A DNA stretch of 64,000 nt. Source: an uncultured virus (IMG/VR IMGVR_UViG_3300021399_000140). Its lineage: Duplodnaviria > Heunggongvirae > Uroviricota > Caudoviricetes. The position numbers and the translations under genes are program-made. The stretch is from the IMG/VR virus record IMGVR_UViG_3300021399_000140. One strand, given 5' to 3'. Shown piece by piece: positions 1 to 12,412 of this stretch. The notes under the pieces are model-generated. The model searched no databases. It had not been told where the DNA came from and saw only the letters and a list, made by a program, of their open reading frames with translations. How positions within the stretch are numbered: position 1 is the first letter of the stretch; every line of letters starts with the position of its first letter.

Positions 1-1404
1 ATGTATGTGTCAGAAAGATTCATACATGTCTATGTGCAAGAGCCAGGAACTAATGCATTAGAGCAATATAAAGGTGTGCAAGAAGGTCTGTTCACTGACA
101 ACAACATTGAAAATGGAAGCTACATATACAAAAACATAGATCCAATATTCAATGTGCGTCTAAATGAAAACAAGACATATGAGATAACATTTGGAAATGG
201 CTTCACCGGAAAGATTCCACCAAAAGACTCAACTATATATGTGATGTATCTTGAATCTAATGGACCAGACGCTACATTAGAGCAAAATGAGATAATTGAT
301 GTGCAAATAGACCACGGTGGGCATTTGTTTGGAATAAGTGATGAAATGTACAAGCAGATGTTCAACATTGAAGATGAAGATCTTAATGACAATGCATTGA
401 ACTCACCATTGTATTCAGATCAAGCTAAATGGAGAAATGTAGCATCATCTACAAGCTCTGTTGATGAGGAGACAGTTGAAGAGATTCGTAGACATGCACC
501 AGAATGGTTCAAGACTGGAAACAGACTAGTTACAGCTTCTGACTTTGAATATTATGTGAAGAACAGATTTAGAGACAACATTGTAGATGTAAAATGCTAG
601 AACAACTGGCAATACATATCTACATTCTACTAGTGGCTTTACAATCTTGGACTTAATGGCCAAAGGACTAAACTTTCAGATGAGTCTTCAAAACGTTCAC
701 CTAATGCTACATACTATGTCAACACATATCGTCTTCAGAAACATGACTTGAAGTATGCTGATGCAGCAGATGGAAACAATGTCTATCTTTGGATAAAGAT
801 GAAGAATGATGCAGACATATACAAAGATCTTATAGATGAAGAGATATTGAACATAAAGTCGCTTACACAAGAAGCTGTATATGTCAAGCCACTAGATGTG
901 TATTTCACACCAAGCGCACTTGACAAGAATGATGCATTGCTAAATCTCATAAAAAGTGAAAAACTGCAGCAAGCATACACTAAGTATGACTAGTCATACA
1001 TTGAGATAACGCTAGAAGATAATGTCTTGTATTCAAGCAATGACATACAGAACAAAGTAGCTAACATAATACGAGAGTTTTTCTCTGAAAGAAACTTTAG
1101 TCTAGGACAAGTAGTTGACTATGCTACATTAGCAAACAAGATATTGAATGTAAGCAGCATATCAAGAATAAGAACTATATGGAAAGACAATTCAGGAACT
1201 GGCTATGCACGAATAGTCAATGGATTGTCATTTGCTACATGGACAACAGATCTGATTGACATTGGTGATGACATTGAGATTTCATCTGTGTCAAGAACCT
1301 TGGAAGCATTCCAATTTCCAAAGCTTTACCAGTCAGCTGACATTGCAAAAAGAATAAAAGTCATAAAGAAGTCAATAAGCAATGTCAACTCAATACAATA
1401 TTAA
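1..1404 (+). CDS. Baseplate wedge subunit (T4 gp6-like), 5'-truncated
   Basis: Three same-frame fragments (1..600, 748..993, 1027..1404) join through TAGs to TAA; motifs YEITFGNG.TGKIP and ETVEEIRRHAP...NRLVTASDFEYY are typical of gp6/baseplate J. Confidence 0.8.
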
Positions 1405-1439
1405 GCTAGCTAGAAGACAGTATAAGAAAGTTGTTAAAG

Positions 1440-4400
1440 ATGAACATTGGCGTTACAGATGTCGATTTAGTTAAGAAGAACAGCAATGATTTTTCATTTT
1501 CAAAAGAAGTCTTGAATGAAGTAGTTAATGAAGACTTCATGCAAGGAGCAAAAGACTTCTATTCAACATTGACTAGTGATTCAGACACAACGGCTAAGTC
1601 ATACATATGGCAAGCGTTGTCAGCTGTCACTGATGATGTTGGAGAGACATTATACTAGAATGTTCTAAACTATGTAGACAATGTGTCTGACATTGACACA
1701 TGCAGCATAAAAGCATTGCAGTCAATGGTGCAGTTGCTTGGAACAAGATACAATGTTCTTGATGGAATAGTTGAATTACCATTAGAGCTAGCAAATCTCA
1801 TTGATGTGTTTTCAATGAGAAGAGAATGTCTTGTCAATTCACAATATGTGTGTCAGTAGATGGTTGAAAAGATGAAAAGTGTTTCAGCCTTGTCTGCTGT
1901 TGACATTTCAGAGAATGATTTGATATCTAGCACAAACAAATATCGCAGTGAATCAAAATTAAGCAATGACTAGAGACTTTCTGCATAGATTTCTGCATCA
2001 CCAGCAATTGACATCAGCCAATTAGACAAAATGATGTATGATACGATTTCTGCTACTATCATGAACTTTTTAGATCTGTCATATGGAAAGATGACAGATG
2101 ACAAGCCAATCAGGACAATTCTTTCAAACAGCATACTTTGCTCAGGCTTTGACATACCAAACAAGTCACAAAGCAAGATAGATGAATACAAGACAAGATG
2201 GCATATACCACCAGAATTCAATCCAGAAGATGCAGTTGAAGACATTGAAGCAGGACTTTCAACAATAGATGACTATCAAGAGAAGTACAAAGGCCTAATT
2301 GAAATTGAATATGACAGAGAAAATGCAGCTTTGAACAAACTTGAGCCAATGACAAGATATGCATATTTCAAAGAGAAGAAAGTCAAAGAGTACTACAAGT
2401 TTGTTCAAGACTAGTATTTGCAGATTGCAGACAGATACAACAATGCTACAAAATATGATGTTGACAACACATACTTGCTGTTAGATTCATCAAAAAATGG
2501 AAAAAGTGCGCTTGTTGTTGATCCTTTGATGCAAGAAGATGGTGGCATAAAAGGATATATGGTAAATGCAGTTGTGAACAATCTGCTAGATGTCATCCAT
2601 AAAGTCCAAAATCTTCGAGAGTATTTGAAGTCACATGCTCAACGAGCATTCATGAAAGGAACATTCCTTCTCATATCATATGCTGTGAATGAGTATTTGA
2701 AGCAAAATATATATCCAACTGTCTAGAAGTTCCATACTGGTGGAGAATTTTTGTCTGCAACAAGCTTTGATGATGATGGAAGACCTATAGAATATGAAAA
2801 GATAAGTGTTGATAATGACTTAGAGTACTCTTCAGATGAGAATGTCTTAGAGCTTATTGAATATGTTGACTAGACATAGTACTTCAACATCAGAACTGAT
2901 GTAGACAACTTAAGCACAAAAGGTTTCTCTACATTGAATGGAAAGTATTGGAATGCAGAGAACACTACTAATGGTGCAGCAACATTTGTTGACTCTACAA
3001 ATGTCTTGAATTCGGCTGACAAGTCATAGATAATCATTGGAAAGCAGATGCAGTTAAATGCAATTGCTGATTTCTATGACAACATCTTGTCTAAGCCAGA
3101 AAACAAGCTTTCAAGTGGAAATACCTACATAAACAACTTCTTGACATCAGTCTTTGCTTCTGGTGCAGATGACAGCTGGTGGCATGATGCTCATAAGAAA
3201 GTCATGGCAACATTGTCAGACTAGACTAAGACAATTGACATTGACAACTATGTTGATGCAGTGTCGGCTGCTAGAACTGCAGACATAACTGAGCGAATAT
3301 TGTCAGCATTTGAATCTCCTGATGGATAGACAGTGAAGTTCTAGCTAGATCTTGCAAAGCAACAATATATAGACAGTCTATCTTCAGAATGCGACAACAT
3401 CATTGACAATCTTCGTGATTGGTTGGACAATGCTCTTGTAAACATTGATGATTTGCTAGCAACACTTGAAAGCTACCATTCATAGTTTGTCAATCTTGAA
3501 TCTAGATGTGATGTGTTGTACAATGCTTATGGATCATAGACAACTGGATTTATAGCAAATGAAGATTATTTGAAGAAGAATTTAGACAACTACATTTACC
3601 GTGCACGATTCAATTTAGACAACATACAAGAGTTTACAAGAAACAACATTATTGTTCAAGGCGACATATTAGCTTCAACACACGCTAAAATACTAAATTC
3701 ATTGCATGCATTTTGCAAAAGCACTAAGTACTTGTCACATATTAGCATAAATAGTGCATTTGATATTGCATCAATAATGCGACTTAGCATAAATGACTTC
3801 ATATATTTGACATATTCTTAGTTGTCAGCAACTAAAGAAACAGTACAGTCACAATATTATGAAGTAAGCTACAATGCTGCAGTAGAGACATTAGAAAACG
3901 CAAAGACTAAATTAGCGTTTGAAATAGAAGAAATAATTGCAGATTTGCTTGCATTGTTCAAGAGTAGACTTGACAAAATTTCATTAGGTGAATTTGATGA
4001 TTTGTCAATTCTTTTATCATCATATGACTTCTACAACGCTACATTTAGCATAGTTGACTCTATCAATTCAGTTTCAGCCGCATTAGACTATTCAGATGAT
4101 GCATGGTACAAGTATAAATGCAAGCTTTTCATGAAGTATACTGGATAGGATGTTGGAGACACTCCACATTATTATCTTGAAAACAAAGTCCATCCATCAT
4201 ACTAGATACATCCATGTCTTAGTAACTTTGTGCAGAAAGTAGATTTTTCATATCCAATAATGAACTTAGGTGGAATGGCTGATGACATACTTCAGCAATA
4301 TGAGTCCTCATTAGTCTGCTCAATAATAACATCAAATGGCTATTTGAAGGAAATGTGGAAAAATCCAATGAACAGCAACACAGACTATGTTGTAAGATAT

Positions 4401-6674
4401 GAGCAAGAGAACCACATTGACTCAAACTTGTCTGCCAACTAGTATTTTGGATGGGATGGATTGATTCATCCAGACATTCTTGCTAATCATATGATTCAAA
4501 GTACTTTAAAGACAGCAGATCTGGAAACTATTTTGTCTGGTCAAAACTTATTGTCAGATGAATATAAGAACTACAACAATATAATAGACAAGTATAAGAC
4601 AATATACAAGCAACTTACAGCATGTGACATAAAGCAATACGGTCTAGATTGGTATGGAAACTCATATATCCTTCTTTCTGGAAATAACAACAACACATTC
4701 AACAACACGCTATGGTTCAGACCTAAGAACATTCCAATACCATTCCCTGCATTTGCATACACTGATTCAAATATGGAAGAAAGCAGTATGAGCTGCTGTG
4801 CTTTCAGCCATATATCTACATCAAACACATACTTCAAGAACATTGTTCCAAAAAACATTATTGATTAGATATATGTTCCAGAAATAATAGATTTCAATTT
4901 CACTCAAGACAACACTGTTCTCATGTTTAGATGCAAAAATGCAACAACTAGCTTAGATGAACTAGTATTTGGAAAAGTAATACAAGACAAAGACAATGTC
5001 ACACCAATAAGATGGCATTTCTTGCAGGACACATTTAGCAGAATAGAGCATTTGACTTTGCCTACAGATGCAAGTTGGGAATTTGCATGCTGGTATACAG
5101 AAAGAACACAATTTGGTGTAGTGTATGTAAATGACTATGCTGAATATGCACGAGAGAAATGCAACATATATGTGTCAAAATTTGACAGACAAACAACACA
5201 TGAGAATGTTGCAACTAGTGTTGACATTTCTACTCCATATAGAAATTCTAATGTCTTTGCAGATTGTGATGTCAATGGAAAAATAGCACTTGCATATTCA
5301 TTGTCTGGAGATAGATATTCAGGAAAGCTTGATACATTGAAAGAAGATTCAATGCAGTATACTGGAAAGCAACTAGCAACAAATGACTTGCTTAGCACAT
5401 ATGGTGACACAACACTCTATAGCATAGCAGCACAAGAGATATTTGTAGCTGGAAATTCAATATTTGTGCAGAAACTAAAAGTGTACAAGCCAATGCAAGA
5501 AGCTGGATTCATTCTTGCTACAACCAACACTGACATTTCTGGAACTGGACTTATGGATGAACTTTCTGCTAATGGTGTTCTTAAGTTCAAGCTAGCTGTT
5601 CCAAGTGCTAGCATTAGTGCTGGAATAGACTTTAGGCATGTATGTCCAATACGACAAATAGAAGGATATAGATCTGATTTGACAGAGGAGACAACTGCAT
5701 ACCATTATAATACTAGTGAAGTAGCAATGTCTGGAGTTATTTCTGGTCATAATAATGTTCACTTCTTTGAGTCAGTGTACAACTAGTATCTAGCTACAAT
5801 GAATGATGAGCAATTCTATGAACTTGCTGAAGCAGAGCGTATTGGAAGAAAGAATCCAGACAAAGTAGCAATTTAGGCCAATTTTGACTACTAGCAGCTA
5901 GCACATTATGATGTAGCTAAATATCTTTCAGCAATGCGTTCAGAAGAATCTATATCTAAACATAGTGATGACATTACAGACGTATTGAAGCATAGAGGAT
6001 TTGTTCAACCATATATGATGGCAGAAGGTTCTATTCCTTAGACATATCAGTATGGTGCATATATAGTTGAAAATAGTAATGGTAAGCAAAATGCTTTTAA
6101 AGCAGATCGCAGTGCTAAGATTCTAGATAATATAAAAACAAATACTGCAGTCATAAAGCTTGATCAAAATGAAGAACTTTCAGTCAGGTGGATAAAAAGA
6201 ACAAATGGTGAAATAAAATTAGATTTTAACTCATTATTATATATTGATAATGATGATGCTTATGGCAATCTTCCAGAATGGCAAAACAATTTTAATTCAA
6301 TATTAAGTGGTAGAAATGATACTAACAAAAAAGATGTAAATGAAAGAAACAAGTTGAATCTATTCTTAAATCTTGACTATGCTGGTGAAGCAGGAATAAT
6401 CAATACTTGGTCGCAATGGAGATCATACTTAATCTACAAGAATACATGGATGGTAAAGAACATATCAGATAGTGAACCAAAATTCATTCTAGCTAAGCTA
6501 GATAGAACAAAGCTTGACAAGCCTGATGGCACAAACATTGCATAGCAAGTTGCAGGAATTGAGTATAATGATTTTCTTCTAGCATCATCTAGAAGCCAAT
6601 AGACGCAAATATAGCCAGAAACATATCTTGTTGTAGCAGAAGGACCTATATTGAGGTACATTTCTTTTGAATGA
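1440..6674 (+). CDS. Very large (~1740 aa) putative baseplate/tail structural protein
   Basis: Nine track fragments (1431-6545) share one frame separated only by TAG; ends TGA; follows the gp6-like gene. Confidence 0.6.
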
Positions 6675-6704
6675 TTTTAACAAGTGTAAATAAGAAAGAG
6701 ATTT

Positions 6705-7667
6705 ATGTAGACAGTGAATGAGAACATACCAGTGACAAAAGTTGTTAAAGTGTCAGAACTAAGGACAGTTGACTACATTACAGATGATGCAATGTTCATA
6801 TGTGTCTAGAATGGAAAGTCATTAAAGACTACATATGGAGCATTGAAAGACATTTTGCTTAAGCAAGTTCTAAAAGATGTGCAATAGAAGATTTCTTATC
6901 AAGCGGAGCTAGAGCAAGCAGCATTAAGCTCTACAGATGAATTGCTTAAAGCAAGCACTAATGCGTTGTCAAGCCGTTTAGCTGAAAATACGATAAAGAC
7001 TAATAGAACATCAAATGCAGTAGACACTTTGTCAACAAATCTTGCCAAGATGAATGATGACATGCAATAGCAGTTTTCTTCTTTGCTAGAAAACTACTAG
7101 AGAATGAGCAATAGAATAGAGCAAATTGACACTAAATACTCTACATTGCCTTCAAATGTTGAATCTATGCTTGACATTAGCAGCAAAGCAATCATGAATA
7201 GCTTTGAGCAACTTAAGAATGACATTTCAAGCTAGGCTAATTCAACATCTATCTAGTACAAAAAGCTTTTCAAAAACATCAGTGCTAGCATTGAAAAAGG
7301 CAAATCAGAGTTAAATGATTGCAAGAATTAGATTGATGTATCAAACAACACATTTGAAGATGCTATAAATAAAATAAAAGACAGATTGAATAAAGATAAA
7401 ACTATTGTTGAAGACAAAATTGCTAATGTTGAAAGCAATATCAAAAAGAATACATCTGACATAGGCAGTAATTTTGATTCTGCAAAAGTACAACTTTCTT
7501 CAATGGAATCGCAGATAGCAATATTAAAGAACCAAATAATTTCAATTAATGATTAGATGAGCAGTTTAGTAGAAGAAAATGCAGAATTGCAGAAAAAAGT
7601 CAAAGAGCTAGTTGCATACAATGAAGATTCTTATTGTGCAACTGTAAATGAAGGAACTGATCTATGA
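6705..7667 (+). CDS. Coiled-coil protein, putative fibre/structural
   Basis: ATG-TAG start after GTAAATA; open to TGA in code 15; KVSEL N-terminal motif then heptad-rich sequence; absent from the code-11 track. Confidence 0.6.
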
Positions 7668-9259
7668 ACATACAATCAATAAGCGAACTTAATGCATTAT
7701 CAGATAAATATGAAGCAATACGTTCTTTATCAGCTGTACTTAGCACTGATACATCAGCAATTCATGATTTTAATGAAATAGCTCCAGCTATTTGCACAGA
7801 TACGGATGTAAGCAATATCTTAAATAAAGTTGCTTTTGATGTGTTGTCATGCAAAGATTTCTATGTTGAAGCATCATATCAAAGTGGCAACAGCTACTAG
7901 TCATTGAAGTTCAATTTAGGCGATGCACTTTCAAGACTAGCAAAGTCTTTAGCATTGATAGCAATAAAGAACTTGAATGCATTGACAAAAGAAAGAGCTG
8001 ATGACTTATATGTTCCATTTTCTGGAAACATTGGAAGTGATAAAGCTGTATCAGGTCTTTGGATTTAGTAGACTGGAGCGGCTGATAATACTACTGCATT
8101 AAGTGTTGATGGTCCAGTATTTGTATGTAATGCTAGCAAACAAAAATTGCTTGAAATAAATCCAAATAATTCAATTAGTTCATCTACTATTACAATAAAT
8201 GGCGGAACATTTAATGCTTCTAGCACATCAAGCAATTTTAGTAAATTGACAGCAACTGAGATCAAAGCAACAAACGAAATTAGTACTGCAACATTAAAAG
8301 CAAATTCATTATATGCTGGGTTGTCTAACAACACATGGAATTTTACACAACAAGCTAACAATATTACTTGCAGTATAGCCGGTTGTTTGACAGCTAATAC
8401 TGGAAACTTTGTAAATTTGACAGCTACTAATCTTACAGCTAATACTGCATATGCAGGAAAGAATTCAGATGATAAGTATACGTTGACAGCAAATGGAACT
8501 GGTGTTACTACTAGTGCTTTGACTGCTGCATCATTAGCTTGCAATGGCAATATCAATAGTACTGGTTTTATTCATTCAAATGCAAGCATATCTTGCGCTG
8601 GAACTCTTAGTTCTACAACTGCCCTTTGCACTGGTGGTGGATTTAATTGCGCAGGAGCTATTGAATGTGGTGGAAACATCCATGCAGATGAAAGCATATC
8701 TTGCGCTGGAACTCTTAGTTCTACAACTGCTCTTTGCACTGGTGGTGGATTTAATTGCGCAGGAGCTATTGAATGTGGTGGAAACATCCATACGATTGAA
8801 AGCATCTCATGTGCTAAAAATCTTAGCTCTACAGCCCTTACTGTTGGTGGCAATATTTCTTGTAGTGGTACGTTGACTGTTAGTACAGCGCTTAAAGCAG
8901 GATTTTCTACACCTGAAGGTGGATCAGAATAGATAAATCTTTATGTTCCTAATTCTGGTGAAATTAAGATAGCATAGCTTAGTTCAACTACTATTAAATG
9001 CAAAGATCATTTGTATGCAGGTCATGATAGTACAACATGGAATTTAGACGTTCCAAATAGTGGAACAATAGCAATTAATAGCTTAGCAGCTACTAATTTG
9101 ACAGCAGGAATAAAAACAGGTGCAGCAGGATTTAATGTTCTTGTAGCTGGCTCAACAGAAAACAAATTGACATTAAATGCATTAAATGTAACAGCAACAA
9201 ATGGTTTGACAGCAGCTGGAATATCAGAGCTTACTGCTAAAGCAGCATGTTGGTCATGA
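7664..9259 (+). CDS. Putative tail fibre / beta-repeat receptor-binding protein
   Basis: Fragments 7664, 8147 and 9011 in frame; Ser/Thr/Gly/Ala/Cys-rich short beta repeats (LTA, ISCAGTL); ATGA overlap with the upstream gene. Confidence 0.6.
8584..8791 (+). repeat. Tandem duplication, 108 bp period (36 aa) within the fibre gene
   Basis: 8584-8683 and 8692-8791 are identical except one C/T; unit SISCAGTLSSTTALCTGGGFNCAGAIECGGNIH. Confidence 0.95.
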
Positions 9260-9275
9260 TAAGAAGCAAAATTCT

Positions 9276-10529
9276 ATGTATGGCAGTTTTAACATAAAAG
9301 GTCTTAAGAAGACAACTAATGAGACTATAGTAGAAGTACAAGTTGGTACATCAACTAAGTACTTCATGCTAAGTCAAGTTGCAGGTGATGACTAGTTTGA
9401 CAGAAAGTCATAGGCAAACAAAGACAGCTTGCTGTTGAAGTCTGGAGAGATCATACACAACATGTATGATCTTGACAAGCTATGGTATCATAACCAAGCA
9501 GCTAGAAGACATAGATATCCTTATGAGCAAGAGAACTATGACTACTAGCATATATATAGAAAGCCAAATGAGAAAGAACATCAGACATTGTCAAGCATGA
9601 CAAAGCTTGGTGACACTATATATGCATTAGACACAATGGGAACAAAAGGCCATTCATTCATCAATGATGAAATGTACAAATGGCTTATAAATGACAATGG
9701 TTGGAGCACTCCACCATGCAGCTACATTGCTACAATGCTGTATGCATACACATCAGGAAACCAATGTCTATCTAATTTGATAGCTGCTAATTCAACTGAC
9801 AACACTTTGTCAAACTACTATACCACAGAGCAATTGCAGTCAACTGGAATATTTGCAACATCAGCTATGATTGGTGTCAAATACAACACAATATATGAGA
9901 TACCAGGAAGCATTAAGCAAGACTATAGCAAGAATGAAGTTATAGCTAACACATTCAAGACTAAAAGCTAGTACAATGCTGAATGGACAATGCTGTCATC
10001 TGATGGTTGTGCACTTTCTGATGCTAGAAGCTATTCAGAAGTACGTAGTTGCGGTGGAACACTTTGGTTGAAGTACAAGACTTCTGAAAACTATGTAAAA
10101 CCAAACGCCGGCAATGATCTTTACACAATATATCCAAATTTCTGCAAGAAAATAGAAGTAACAACAGCGGCTGGTAGTAGTCTTCATGCATCAAGCACGC
10201 ATGTAGAAGTAATAACAAGAATAAATAGAGGTGTAGAGTCGCCACAGCATAAGACTTCATTGTATTCATTGAATCTTAACACTACACTTATAGACAAGAT
10301 ATTTTCAGATCAAAGCATCACTTATAAAGAAAATGTTCCATTAGATGCTACTGGAAAAATTGACTATTCTGGAACACCTTCATCAAGTGAAAATATAATT
10401 GTAGATGACAAGAAGCTTAAAGCGTTGAAGTAGACTATCAAAAATGAGATAAAGAACTGCATAAGAAACATTGCAGAAAACATTGCTCCAGCTAATAGTT
10501 AGTTGTTTTCAGTATCAGTAAATGAATAA
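9276..10529 (+). CDS. Hypothetical (putative structural) protein
   Basis: ATG 9276 in frame with the 9588 and 9990 fragments through TAGs; ends TAA. Confidence 0.6.
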
Positions 10530-10530
10530 T

Positions 10531-10875
10531 TTATAAACCAATATTAGTATTAAGTGTCTTAAGATGGCATTTGCAGTCATTTGGAAGTTTAGTTATATTG
10601 TTTAATATAAGCTTTACTTTATCCTCAGTATAAAGAACAAGATTTTGCCCTTTTCCTTCATCTAAAAAAAGGCTATTTATCCATTTATTTACGTCAGAAT
10701 ATTCGCTATCAAATATTAGCTCATTTAGCCAATCTTTTTTATTTGTTTTTATAAGAAGCCAAAGCTTGAAAAATAAATCAGGTTCTTTTTTAAGAAAATA
10801 GTTATCTTCATAATATGTGTCAACATAAGCTTTTAGTGCTTTATTAGATCTAATAATATTTTTATTTGAATTCAT
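10531..10875 (-). CDS. Hypothetical protein
   Basis: TAG-free ORF filling an intergenic gap; GTAAATA on the minus strand at 10882-10888. Confidence 0.55.
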   Translation of the reverse strand: MNSNKNIIRSNKALKAYVDTYYEDNYFLKKEPDLFFKLWLLIKTNKKDWLNELIFDSEYSDVNKWINSLFLDEGKGQNLVLYTEDKVKLILNNITKLPNDCKCHLKTLNTNIGL

Positions 10876-10931
10876 GTTCAATATTTACTACATGTTTGCT
10901 AATTATTAGGAGAAGTAAATAGTAATAAGCA

Positions 10932-12398
10932 ATGTAGTTTACGTATGACATATAGAGTATTTAGAACAATGTAATTGCTAATGCAATTAAGTGGGCAAAT
11001 CAAGACCGTAGTGCAAATGACAATTTGTCAGCTGTTTCAATTGCTGATAATATAGGAGACTATTCTACTGCTACATTACAAGATTTAACGTGTTTAGTTA
11101 ATACAACAGACAATCTTAATTCAAGATTTAAGAAAGCTAGATATTCTATTAGAGATAGAATAGCATTGTATTCAAATGCAGTCAATAATTCATTGAGTAC
11201 ATATATATAGTTGTTAGATAAAGTAAAAGACAGTATTAAGTCAGATAATGACACTCAACTAGTATTAGCATCATTTAATAATACAATACAATTTGTTTAG
11301 ACTCCACAAAAAATAGAATTTAGCTATGTTGTAAGAGCAGACGGTGAAAACTTTGTAATTAAAGACGGAGATGATGCAAGACAATTTGGTGGTTTTAATG
11401 GTGGATTAGCAATATCAGAATTTCTAAAAGAATATATTGAAAGAATTAAAACATATGAAATTACTTTACCAGTTGGACATCGTAGATTTTATTATATAAA
11501 TAACACTGCTGGAGTTGATAATTATGCTGTAAAAAACGCAATTTTTTCATTAGAAGCTAATATTGTTAGTTATTTTGATTTTGATATGATGTTAGTTCGT
11601 CATATTAGTAGTAATAAAATAATATATGATTCAATTGCATGCATTTATGATATAGTAATGCAATTGTATTGTTTTTATTTAGAGTTAATGAAAGTATGTC
11701 CAATAAGCATCAAAGCAGAATATCATATATCATAGATAGGAACATTAGAGAGAATATTGACATCTAATAATGTAAATACTAAAGTAGAACTTGAAAGTCC
11801 TAATTCAAAATGGCCATAGGCACTTTTAACATAGATGATAAACTAGTCAGAATATACTATAACATTTACACCATATTCTGTAACGCATTTTCCAATACAG
11901 CAATTGAATTTGAACATATTGAATGGAAATATAGATAAAGCCGCAACATCACAATACACTATTACTAATTTGTTTAATGTGGCATATGGAAATTTTGCAA
12001 ATACATCTAGAAATTTTGAAAATTCATCAGATGGATCTAATGGAGTATTTTCATATTTTATTAATGTTGAAGATAATCGTAAAGTACAGACTTTTTCTGA
12101 ATTTTAGCAGATGTTTTTGCAATATATAAAACAAGGAGATATTATATCTTTGCCTTCTATTCTAATTGCTATAGATCAAATATTTGACTATTGGCTTAAT
12201 AATATGCAATCAATATCTATTAAGATCTAGTTATGCCATCAAAATTGCCATACAAATGTTATGACAACATCAGTTGCCACACTTGTTTGTACTTGTAGAG
12301 GTTGGGAGAGCAATACTGTACAAACAGATGTAACTAGTAAAATTCCACAAAGTAAAGTGACAGACACAGGAGATGGTGATAGTTCAGAAGATGACTAA
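10932..12398 (+). CDS. Putative virion protein with WLN...CHxNCH module
   Basis: ATG-TAG start after GTAAATA; joins the 11025 and 11904 fragments; YWLNNMQSISIKIQLCHQNCHTN near the C-terminus. Confidence 0.6.
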
Positions 12399-12412
12399 CA
12401 TTATTAAACATT

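Noticed and set aside
8584..8791. DGR template/variable repeat or CRISPR array
   Set aside because: Adjacent in-frame copies differ by one C/T, not at adenines; no spacers, reverse transcriptase or cas genes seen
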